From NCBI RefSeq assembly GCF_006345805.1, contig NC_043009.1:4278001-4342000 (forward strand): DNA of 64,000 bases, in the 5' to 3' direction. Both the position numbers and the translations under genes were made by a program. The notes under the pieces are model-generated. The model did no database searches and had not been told where the DNA came from. It saw only the letters and a list, made by a program, of their open reading frames with translations. This DNA is from Octopus sinensis (Eukaryota). How positions within the stretch are numbered: the first letter of the stretch is position 1; the number at the start of each line of letters is the position of its first letter. Below are positions 52,294 to 64,000 of this stretch, one piece after another.

Positions 52294-52874
52294 CGTACGT
52301 ACGCATTTATGCATATGTATATGTGAATGCATGTATATTTATTCTTTTGTCAAAGAATTGCTACATACTTCTTTCAACTTTGGCAGACAAGAAGTAAAAA
52401 AAAAACACAATCACAAACGCAGAGACAACAAAAAAAGAGCAAAGATACACCAAAATATTTTTAAAAAAACAGCCAAAAAAAAAACACTAACAAAAAACAT
52501 AAATAATAAAATCAAAGTTTGTCGTACGCGTTGACTTTGATATATTTCTTTCTTTCCTTCTTTATTTTTTTTTTCCTTTCCTTCTTTCTTCCTTCATTTC
52601 ATCATTTCTTTCTTTCCTTTTCGTTCGGCCGATTTTTATCTTCCCGTATTTTATAGTCCATTCATGCTGGCCTCTTCACTAATATCTGCCAAACGATAAG
52701 CGTTCGGGGAATAGTTTTTATACGTCCTGAACTTTCACCTTGTTTTGATAATGTCAGTTAATATGAACATAAAACTCCCACAAATGAGAAATAAAATAGT
52801 ATAAAACAGCTAACCCCATGCTGTTCGGTAAAAGTGATTTTTTGTGTACCTGTTTTGTTGTTGTTTTTTTCGCA

Positions 52875-52908
52875 TACATATATATAAATATATACATAAT
52901 ATTTATGC

Positions 52909-52977
<69 letters not shown>

Positions 52978-53017
52978 ATATACATATATGTGTGTATATA
53001 CATATATATATATTATG

Positions 53018-53066
<49 letters not shown>

Positions 53067-53322
53067 ATATACAATATATATGTGTGTATATACATATATA
53101 TATATATATGTATATACATATATATATATATGTATATATATATATATGTATATACATATATATATATGTATATATTATATATGTATCACATATATATATA
53201 TATGTGTGTGTGTATAATATATATATATATATATAATATATATATATTTATGTATATATATATATATGTATATATATATTATATGTATATAATGTATTAT
53301 ATATATGTATATATTATGTATG

Positions 53323-53353
<31 letters not shown>

Positions 53354-53385
53354 GTGGTGTGTGTGTGTGTGTGTGTGTATGTAAT
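52875..53385. repeat. Degenerate (TA)n/(TG)n tract
   Basis: Direct reading. Confidence 0.9.
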
Positions 53386-54012
53386 GCATAAATATTGTGT
53401 GCGTGTATAGGCTATTATTTAGAGTATTTGATAATAGCTTCTATGCCTGTTTAATCAATAATGGCTACGGGTTTAATATTCATACATATTTACCCATACA
53501 CACAGGCATGTGTGTGTTAGCACACGTATGTATAATATATATATTATATATATATATATAATATATATTATATATATATAATATATTATATACATACACA
53601 TACTCAACTACACATACCCACATACAGATATATCTGTACTCGTTCACATACACACACAGACATTCGCATATAGACGCTTACAGACAGACAATAAATTTAT
53701 CTGGAATTATTTATGCTTATATGTAAATCGAATTTAAGTTGTCAAAACAGTCAATCACAGCTTGATTCAGCCCAAAATATATTTTCTTTTGCTGACCTCT
53801 ACAGGAAAGAAATAATTCATAAAAATCATAATCCAGAATCACCTTAAACAAATCAATTTACATACCCGCATATAAACATATAGACATCACACACTCACAC
53901 ACAGATATATACACACAAATATATATATATAGATATATATACAGATATGTGCCTGTATATAATATGTATAAAACAAACATTGATAAAAAGAACTCAATGC
54001 AGCTACTAATTC

Positions 54013-54446
54013 TTTTTACTCTTTTACTTATTTCATTCATTTGGCTGCGGCCATGCTGGAGCACCGCCTTTTTATTTTATTTTACTTTATTTTATTTTTT
54101 TAGACGAGCAAATCGATCCCAGGAATTATATTTTTGAAAGCGTAATGCTTATTATATCGGTTTCTTTTGCCGGACAGCTATGTTACGAGGACGTAAATAC
54201 ACCGACACCGGTTATCAAGCGGTGATGGAGGGACAAATACACACACACACACAAACATACACACACACACACACACATACACACATATATATATATATAT
54301 ATATATTCGGCAAGCTTCTTTCAATTTCAAATTCACTCAGAAGGGTTTGGTCAGCCTCAGGCTTTAGTAGAAGACACTTCTCCAAAGTGCCACACATAGG
54401 ACTGAATCCAGAACCATGTGGTTGGGAAGCAAGCTACTTACCACAT
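54013..54446 (-). mobile_element. Family A SINE, diverged
   Basis: Tail, central and head blocks are all recognisable. Confidence 0.8.
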
Positions 54447-56094
54447 AAAATTTGTTAACTTTGATTTCCTCGAAAGTTTTATTCCTCCAAACAGAACTGA
54501 AAACAGACTAAACTCGCGATCACTCTCAACATATATTTTTGCGCTTCTACACACCTTATACACATCCAAAAACATACTTACACACACACACAAACTCATG
54601 CGCATTAATGGACAGATACATACACATATACGCTCACATATGAACACCTTCCAGTGAACAAAGAGAATAGAATGGTATTACAGTTATATGTAGCGTATTT
54701 CACTCAATCAAAAAGTACATGACAGATCGTCAATCCTACTTTCACTTTCCCAATCTTCAGTTCATCCAATTTCCGAGACTGAGCACGCGCATACACGTGC
54801 AAGAGCATAGGGAGGGTTGCGGGTGTGGGGACGTACAAAATAGAGCTCAACACAGAAACATAAATGAGAGTTTATTAATAATGTGATTCAGGAGTTTACA
54901 TTCCGTTCAAAGCCTTTTATTAAAGTGCAATAAATCGATAAATACTCTACACGAGGATCCAGACCCTTCAATTACCTATGTAGTTTCATGTGCTATACCT
55001 ACATTCATACATAAAAACATACATATATACACATATACATATAGATACATACACGCGTATGTATGTGGGTGGACTTCCGTTTTCTACCTACGACGCATCA
55101 TTTCTGCTGACACTTAACCTAAGTAATTATTGGCTTCTTGTTGACATAAGATATAAGGACGCTCTTGATGAGAAGAAGAAGTGTTTTACTAAGTCCATCT
55201 ACTATATATATATATATATATAATCTCACTATTTTATCCACTACTCTCCACCATCACCTTTTCTATATTTAATTTACTCCTTATTTCACCGAATCCACCA
55301 TACCATCCCCTGGCTATCTTAAATATTTGATTGAAGAAATGTAATATTGACTCTATCTGGTATCTAACAAAGACGCTTGAACAATCATATGACCAAAGAA
55401 AAGTTGACATTATTAAGCAATAACAAAAGAAATTTTAACATGGGCTCGAGATTACACATTGTCTAAGGGGATAGAGAGTAGAGTCGATATAATCGATACC
55501 AATAGTTGATTGGTAAATATTTTGTCGACTCTGAAAGGTTGTAATGCAATATTGACACCTCCAGGATATCAACTAATTAGACTAAATATCCCAAGTCCCT
55601 TTGTATGATAGTACCACTCTGTCTGCCTTAGCCATGAAGCTTAATATCGATACGGATGTGGTACGGTCATTAGAGTATCCGATAGGGCATATTCTATGTT
55701 CTGGATATCTGCGCTCTCGGTTCAAATCCTGTTGAAGTCGAACTTTATTTTTCAACCGTCTAGAGTCAAAAAATAAAGTATTAATCAATTACTGGGGCCA
55801 ATAATCTTTAATCTTCTTTCCGAACACTCAGTTTGTCTACCTGTCTCTGTCTGTGTGTCTGTCTGTATCTCTGAATCGGTTGTGTTGCGCCGAGGGAAGT
55901 GTTGTTGCCAAGGTAGCCGCAACAAACTAAGTTAACTAAACATTTGTCTTGGGCGCCAGAAGCTAGATATGCAACTCAAATTCTGAACTTTGTCCAAATT
56001 TCTTAATCCAACTAAAATCGCAAAATCGCTAAAACTTTGTAATGAATCTCATACGTTAGTTCACAGTTATTGCTATGGAGCATTGTCGTAGCAT

Positions 56095-56345
56095 TAACAG
56101 GAAATTGAAACATCACCATTTGAACTATCTATACCATATTGTAAAAACTATCTGTGAAAAGCTACTACTCCTGTCGTAACTGCTAGAAGAAGAGAGAGCG
56201 TTCTCTGGCTGACCTACGTCATTGACGATCATGGTGCGGTGCCGGCCGTACTTGTAGCAGACAGCTCGTAGGGTTTCTTCTGTAATGGAGACAGACTGAG
56301 CGAATGGTTTGTAAAATACTTCTCTCAGCTTTACATCTTGTTTCA
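56095..56345 (+). mobile_element. Possible decayed RTE-like LINE fragment (EN-RT linker)
   Basis: Mixed-frame peptides LYHIVKTICEK and PAVLVADSS*..LSEWFVKYFSQLY loosely resemble RTE linker motifs (LY-x-I-x-K-x-L; RW-x-EYF-x-QL). Needs a profile search. Confidence 0.3.
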
Positions 56346-56429
56346 GTAATTGGAAAGTGACCATATTTTGGCACCATCTTCAACAGTATAGTCGACCTAA
56401 CTGACCCCAATTTTTCTTTTTTTTATGGC

Positions 56430-56558
56430 CAGTACATATTCTATCGAACCGCCAGATTATGTGGACGTAAATAAACCAAAAACTATAAGCGATGTTAGAC
56501 GGGAACATACACTCACACACACTCACTCACACACACACACACACATACACACACACAG

Positions 56559-56589
<31 letters not shown>

Positions 56590-56672
56590 AGAAGGCTCCT
56601 CACAGTTGCCGTGAACCACATTCATTCACAAGGCACCGGTGATCAGCTCGGGGCAATAAAGGAGAAGACTTT
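56430..56672 (-). mobile_element. Family A SINE, strongly diverged middle part
   Basis: TATTCTATCG..CCGCCAGATTATGTGGACGTAAAT and CCACATTCATTCACAAGGC blocks. Confidence 0.6.
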
Positions 56673-56923
56673 TGTCCCCTAAGTATAAGGCAGAGTAACT
56701 AAACTGAAAACGATGTGGATACAAAGTGAGATTCTTAAACTCCTCAGTTATGCCTATGTCTATTACAGGAGGGGAAAATCGTGCTATGCTGCTGGAAACG
56801 TTCGATGCTGAGCCGTTGTGCACTGCACCACAAATATAAAGAAGAGAGATAAAAAGGTATTGGCTCATATCCACACATTTATGGAGAAAAGAGGCTTTTG
56901 TTCGGAAAGAAGACACTAGTTGA

Positions 56924-57356
56924 GGCGGTTATCTGGCAGAAACGTTAGCATGCCGGACGAAATGCTTACCGGTATTTCGTCTGCCGTTACGTTCTGAGTT
57001 CAAATTACGCCGAGGTCCACTTTGCCTTTCATCCTTTCAGGGTCGATTAAATAAGTACCAGTTACGCACTGGGGTCGATATAATCGACTTAATCCGTTTG
57101 TCTGTCCTTGTTTGTCCCTTCTGTGTTTAGCCCCTTGTGGGCAATAAAGAAATAAGTATCGTTAGCACGCCGGGCGAAATGTTTAGCGGTATTTCGTCTG
57201 TCTTCATGTTCTGAGTTCAAATTTCTTTGAGGTCAACTTTGCCTTTCATCCTTCCCGAGGACGATAAATTAAGTACCAGTTACGTACTGGGGTCGATCTA
57301 ATCCACTGGCCCTCCCAAAAGAAATTCAGACCTTGTGCTTAGACTAGAAAAAAAAT
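56924..57356 (+). mobile_element. Family B SINE dimer with 12-bp TSD around the whole dimer
   Basis: GACACTAGTTGA occurs at 56912-56923 and 57357-57368. The internal junction AAAGAAATAAG|TATCGTTAGCAC is at 57156/57157. Confidence 0.9.
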
Positions 57357-58371
57357 GACACTAGTTGATGGTTAAATTAATTCATCGAGATCAACAGGAA
57401 TAAAACATTGAACGTAAATGGCTTTAATTAAATACCACATGGTATTTCGTCCGAGGACGTAAACATACGACTAAATGATGATATTGTTAATATAAAAATG
57501 TATCGGTGAATAATCTAGGCATTAATAGTTTTAACCGTTGACTGAGTTCTCCACGAAGTTGATAAAATAAATTGTCATCATTATACTTCGTGCGTGTTTT
57601 CTCCATCACTTTCCTGTCAGTTGCCCTTTAAACATGAACACATACACACAACGCACACAATATATATATATATATTGTATGTATTTTCATGTGCGTGTGT
57701 ATGTGTGTGTAGATAGATAGATAGTTAGATATAGATGTGTATATAGATGGAATTATATATACATGCGCACCCTCGCACTCTGTCTTACGCGCACACACAC
57801 ACGTACACACACACACACTTCCGGTTGCTACTGACAATGCGGCGTTGCTACTGACACTTATCGTAATTGACGTTTGAGCTATCCGTGTTTCGGTTGGACG
57901 AAAGTACAAATTGTGTTCTGCGTTCAGTGCCATTGCGGACACGGACACATAGAGAAGTTTATTGTTATTTATTTCTTTAATTGATAATGAAGGGCAATTG
58001 GTCAAGAAATTATGGTAAAAGGGCATGAGAAAGGGCGAGCAGTATAAAGATATGTAAGTTGGTGTAGGCTTTTATGTATGTATGAGTGTATATATATATA
58101 TATGTGGCTTACAAGAGTTTGCTATTATTTAACCCCAGGTCAACCCTGGTGTGCAAACCTATGATCAAAGGCAATGAAGTCGTGACCAACCCGTATTTTC
58201 CAGTGGTTTGTAAGAATATATTAGCTGTGGTATCCTTCATGTATTTATTTATTTGTTTATTAAATACAGTAAGTTGTAGCTTTGAGGAGATTTGGTTGAT
58301 TGCTGCTTCTAATAGGTCGAGCGACCACGTTAGAGTTGCCATCGTTAAATCGTACCTGAATCGATGACATT

Positions 58372-58437
<66 letters not shown>

Positions 58438-58529
58438 TTTCTCCCTGTAATATATATATATATATAACAAAAGGCATTGACACACATCTAAAACCATCTA
58501 TGGATTCGATTTTGAATGAGAAACATTGT

Positions 58530-58960
58530 TCATTCCGTTAGTTCAGTTTGAGGATCCATTATGCACAGAGATGCCGGACACTGATAAGTCGGGAATGGAT
58601 TGGACCTTTAACTTTACTTATACATCAGTTTTTTTCCCCTATTCCGAAGCTCACCAGGTTCTCTTGTTCTTTTCATATCGTTTACCTCCTCTAATTAACA
58701 TCAAGGTTTTTGTTCCGGTTACTTTCTGTTTACGTATACACAGATATGTTCCTTTACTTACCTTTGTCAGTTGCATTGAAATGCCCAGACACAGAGGTGG
58801 TAAGTCTCCAAAATTTTCCCATTTCCTGTTTTAGTTCCTTCTCATCTCAGTAATGAAGAAGGACTCTCTCTCCGAATCATCGAACAAATCCTCAGGACAA
58901 TATTATCTTCCAATTTCTGCCGCTCTTTACGCCAAAATGCCAGTTGTCACCGACGAAAAC
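58530..58960 (-). mobile_element. Probable decayed RTE-like LINE endonuclease fragment
   Basis: Mixed-frame minus-strand peptides FVGDN-WHFG, GERVLLHY*DEKEL and RLTTSVSGH occur in the order of the APE motifs GDFN-x-HVG, G-E-R-x-L-x-F-C..L and L-x-TY-x-SG. Confidence 0.4.
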
Positions 58961-60166
58961 AAAAGCCAGACTTTTGGAGTCCTGTTCCCACCATTACCAC
59001 ACACACACACAACACAGTATTTGTCCTTACGATTATTAAATTATCATAGCAAAGCCCATGCTAGATTACCTTTCCTCTAATTCCCTTTTTCCCAACCTCT
59101 CCCTTTTTTCTCGCTCTCAATCACAAACCTTTCTTAAGATACAGTAACCTATATTAAGAAAAGAAGGACATTTTCGAAGACATAGTCCAAGATATATTGA
59201 GTAAGAAAAAGCAGATAGATTGGATAAGACTGGAATGCTTTTAATCACAAGGTTTGCTCATTTGCAATCGATTTGGGGATAAATAACAAGTATAGCATCA
59301 TCATCATTCATCATCATCATCAGTAACAAGAACAACAGAAGTAAAAATAACACAGACGCTCGGTGATATTCTTAGGAATCCAAGATTCATTCAAACCAGA
59401 CATTGCTGCTAAAACATGTAATCATTCACGTGAATAACGCATACATATATATACAATCATACAGATATCAATTACATATAAATGCATGCAACCCAGAAAA
59501 TGGACGTAATACATACACCCGTATCCATCCAACCACACACACACACACACTGACTAACAATTATATGCAAACTCACACATGAAACCTAGAAAGACGTAAT
59601 ACATATACCCAGCCGCACACACAAACACGGAAGCTCATGCACAACGTACATACTCACTCAGACAAGTAGACAGGCGGTCAGAAAGGATGTGGGATTAAGG
59701 AGGGTAAGATGGTGTGTCAAGGTTCAACGCCAAATGAAGGGGTTCCGGAAATTTCATTAAACCATCCGGTTTCTGTTCATAGGAAGGGGGAGGGGGAAAG
59801 GAAGATTATCATGAAACTCTAACCTTGACTAGAGTTAGGATTCTGACTTAAGATTAGTCATCCCAGGTATGTACGACAAGCTATTTAAGGGGGTCATAGG
59901 TTGCTTATGGTCCTTAAGGGGCACTCGTAAAACAAAAATCATTGGCGTTTGATATCAGATAAAGTTAATAAAATTAGAAGCAATATATATCGGACTTTAA
60001 TTTCCTTTCTCACTCACAATTGCACTGCTTGATGTGTTCCGATCAATCTACACACCTATCTACATATCTATCTATCTACACATCTATCTATCTATTTCCC
60101 ACTCTTTTTCTCACTGTCCCCTTTTATGTCTACCTCAATATGCATGTGTGCGCGTGCTTGTGTATG

Positions 60167-60251
<85 letters not shown>

Positions 60252-60389
60252 GAGTCATCTTTGTGTTATGATTACTTTAAATTCAAGTGCCTCTGTGCGT
60301 ACGTATATATATATATATGTGTGTGTGTGTGAATGTCAGCGTATGTATACACATACACACACTCAAATATCTCTCGTTTATTTATTTAT

Positions 60390-60470
<81 letters not shown>

Positions 60471-61091
60471 GTCTAACTTCGTTTTCCTTGTCTGAAGCAG
60501 TAAAGGAGTCTGATTGATCCCCAATAGCTTGCATATGTTGTCTTCTTTCGCATACATCACCTCAAATTAATCCAGGTCCGCGGTTCACGACGGCCTGGAG
60601 TTTGAAGCAGCTGTATATGACATCATTTACTGTTTGGTAACACGTGACATTCGCTGAACTATCTTCTAAGCTGGCACCTGACAGGCATTCATTTGAAGAT
60701 TGATAAATTGTCTTCTTACAGCTATACCTCCCTTATATTTCTCTATCTTCACTGGAGAAGCGATTGTGATAAAGCTTTCAGTTAAATGATATTGTTTTCT
60801 ATTTTCTTTCTAATAGCTTATTTTATTATTTTATTCTGTATTTCATTTCTATTTTAGAAAAAAGTTTATTTGTTTCACGAACAGTCGTCACATTTTCACA
60901 ATTTTATTGTCTTACTTCACGCACACAGTCAAGAAGCGCATACATACACCCACGTGTGTATGTGTGTGTTTATGTACTTATGCGTATACATTTGTATACA
61001 TGTGGATATACGTATGTATGCAACGTGTATATATACATACATATATCTCTCTCTATATATATAGATATATATATATATAAATGTATGTATG

Positions 61092-61123
<32 letters not shown>

Positions 61124-61625
61124 CACGCGTGCATATTTATATAGCGAAGGGCTTTTCTTTCAGTCCTTTTAGATTGAAGTTACGACTTTGTTCGAGTTTA
61201 ATCTTTCGTATTAAAAAGTTTTCATATTTCATTATTTGTCATTTATGCTTAATTTGAAACAATAACGTTCCATTAACATTTCAAAGCCTTCTCGCCCCAT
61301 TTTTTCTGTATGAATTGAATATAGCAGCATCTTGTCACGTTTTGTAAAATGCGACAAGCGATGTTGGGAATGATGTAGTGCCTGCTAAAATCCTCGTCAC
61401 CAGGTTTAAATACTTTAATTCTTAACTCCTCATTTGTTTCATAGCAATGACTTTTGTCTTGTATTTTGCTATGGCTAACACTTCCATAGTGAATATAGGT
61501 TTTCTATATCGAATGGTTATTTTACGCACATTTTCTGTCTATTTTTGTTTGTTGTGATGGCGCTGAGTAGTAAATTCATAGTTAGTAGACAGTAAAATCT
61601 CGCACTTTACGTGTGTCGTAAGCTT

Positions 61626-61720
61626 AGTACTTATTCTATCGGTCGTTTTTGCCGAACCGCTAAGTTATGGGGGCCATAAATACACCACCATCGGTTGTCA
61701 AGGGAGACAAGCACAGACAC

Positions 61721-61779
<59 letters not shown>

Positions 61780-61908
61780 TACAACAGGATTCTTTCAGTT
61801 TCCGTCTACCAAATCCACTCACAAGGCCTTAGTCAGCCCGAGGCTATAGTAGATGACACTTTCCCAAGGTGCCACGCAGTGTGACTGAACCCGGAACCAT
61901 GTGATTGG
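61626..61908 (-). mobile_element. Family A SINE lacking the 3' tail
   Basis: Central and head blocks are colinear with the other copies. Confidence 0.85.
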
Positions 61909-62889
61909 AGGCCACCCCTGCGCCTACATTGTTGAAGTTGATTGTTGAAGTACGTAACTCGCAAGTTTGTAGTTTCATGCTGAGACGAATCCTTTCGGTT
62001 AATTATGGTATTTTGTAATATATTCTTAATCATTTTCTAATTAAGTTGTTTTCTGTTTTATGAGGTTATTATTATGACGTGTTCATCAGTTCTGCAACTA
62101 GGGTACAAATGCTGTATCTAGTGTGTTACACTTGCTTTTTATTTTACTTCATAAAAGATATAAAATGATGTTAGTGGTATCATCTGTGCAGCAGTTAGTG
62201 TTGAGGCAATGACAAGTTGATATATTCGAGAAAGAGTGTTGGGCACAAAATGGAATCCTAGGATACACACTAAGGTTGATGTAGTGTGGGTCAATCAGTT
62301 CATAGTATGATGACGGGATCTGACAAGGGAGAGAAATCACTGTAGCATACATACAGATATATAGACACACATGAATATGCGTTTGGGCACACGGATAAAG
62401 CCACTCACACACATACACACACACACATACACACACACACACACACACATGCGAGAGGTGATTTGTGCAAATCACGATATAAACACGAGGAGAAAAGGGG
62501 AGAAAGCGAGAAAGAAAGAGACAAAGAAGGGAAGAGAGATAGGGAGAGAGTGAGAGAGATATTTTACGCTCGAAGCTGACTTTGAAGCATATTAAATTGT
62601 GAGAGGAACAATCCGTGATTGGTAGTCTTGGTGATTAAAAGCAATCGGAAGTGCCTTCCCATTTAACATACATCGGGAGAGCGTTGCCGCCGCTGGAGCA
62701 GAAAAAATTATTTTTAGAATAGTTTCCCTTAGTAAGTGGATTTCAGGCCAGCAAATGTGTTTTCTCCGTTTTAGAATTGAAGAAAATGGAGATTCCAGCA
62801 AACTAGGAGAGTTATATTTATTTTTATTATTATTATTTTATCTATTTAATTATTTATTGGCAATGACCGAAAGAATCAGCTGCGTTTAC

Positions 62890-63070
62890 CGAAGCGGAAG
62901 GGCTTGAGGTATCCCAGACTGTCAGATACTTGGAAGCATCTTTCGCAGTACCAGATTAAGCGGATTACGGTCTTGAAGAAGTTACAGGGCTTGAGAAAAC
63001 AGTACCAGTTTGTAGGAATGGTTTAGTTTGTCCAATGTTTGAAGGTGGTGTTCTATGCCTGAAAGACTGT
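62890..63070 (+). mobile_element. Possible decayed RTE-like RT fragment
   Basis: GLEVSQTVRYL and, in another frame, VVFYA*KT weakly resemble LEVVDSFRYLG and VMLYGSETW. Weak. Confidence 0.25.
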
Positions 63071-63506
63071 ACATTATACAGTTGTGAATGAACGAGAGGG
63101 TTACCCTTAAATCCTTCAAATGGATGCGACTTGAAATGCTTTGGCGGGTGGATTCAGTCACTCGACTAGCTGTTTCTATTGGGATGGGTTAACATACCAG
63201 CGATAGTATAGACAAATTCAGGTACATCAATTTATTAATTGCTGGTGGGGACACAGTATTTCGTTTTGAAATCACAGTATACAACCAAGTATATTAAAGA
63301 GTTATAAGTCAATACTGTGTCTTACTTTGGTGTTAGCAGTGCGTTGTTTTTCTTTCTTTTCAATTTATCTCAACAGATTTTCTATAGATTTTAGAGCAAG
63401 CACTGGAATTTATGGTGTTTCGTATACGAATATGCATTCGTATACAAAACATAGTAACTTTCAGTCCTAGCTCTAAATTCCATAGAAAAATCTGTAGAGA
63501 TTGGTG

Positions 63507-63653
63507 CAGGGGCGGCTGTGTGGTTAGTAGCTTGCTTACCAACCACATGGTTCCGGGTTCAGTCCCACTGTGTGGCAAGTGTCTTCTACTATAGCTCGAC
63601 TAAAGGCGGTGCTTCAGCATGGCCACAGTCAAATGACTGAAACAAGTAAAAGA
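63507..63653 (+). mobile_element. Internally deleted family A SINE (head fused to tail)
   Basis: The intact tRNA-like head joins directly at ACTATAG|CTCGACTAAAGGCGG to the tail. Confidence 0.85.
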
Positions 63654-64000
63654 GGAAAGAGCAGAGTAAAAGAGAGATAATCTTTAAAATGGAGTATATC
63701 AAATACTACAAAACATAAAGTCTTTATTTATCAAAATCATTTCCCCCTCCCCCACCTAAGAGAATGTGCCATAATTACGAAACAGCTAAGATCAGCTTCA
63801 CTTGGGAAGGTCAGATAAACTCATGAGTCAAGAATTGCCAAACATTCACATGCTGTTTTTGTGAAAGAGTAAGCTTGCTGTCCGTCGATGTCGTGGCCAC
63901 GTTATTTCTGGCGAAGTTTTATCTGGTCAACTAACATGAAGTTCCATGCATTATTGGAGATTTGGGCATTGCGTTGTATAAGGATGGGCGTTGGACAGTT

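Noticed and set aside
56125-56364. Minus-strand ORF resembling a Gypsy integrase core (KYGRHRTMIVNDVG)
   Set aside because: Resemblance is loose and the opposite strand fits an RTE linker at least as well; unresolved without a profile search.
58744-58805. Plus-strand exon candidate ending GTG|GTAAGT, and a minus-strand donor near 58761 (FNATDK, cadherin-like)
   Set aside because: Lies within a probable decayed RTE endonuclease fragment, with stops in the flanking frames; no cadherin repeat context.

Overview
AT-rich eukaryotic DNA saturated with microsatellites. The SINE families are ones I recognise from octopod (Octopus-like) genomes; that assignment is from memory, not a search. I found no credible protein-coding exon, and nearly all listed ORFs are translations of (TA/TG/CA/ATGT/CAT/GGT)n tracts. 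The window reads as a long intron or gene desert. It is built from three tRNA-derived SINE families (labelled A, B, C here), mariner and pogo/Tigger MITEs, decayed RTE and CR1/L2-group LINE fragments, and Penelope-like terminal repeats with hammerhead-like cores. The strongest leads are: (1) a fused 3'/5' splice site (polyY-CAG|GTAAGT, 6039-6067) followed by a 50-nt exon-like unit, the signature of recursive splicing; (2) a LINE 3' tail that matches the family-A SINE tail with a covarying stem-loop; (3) recurrent family-B SINE multimers with fixed junctions; (4) several long fold-back structures that would be ADAR substrates if transcribed. Coordinates of decayed repeats are approximate.
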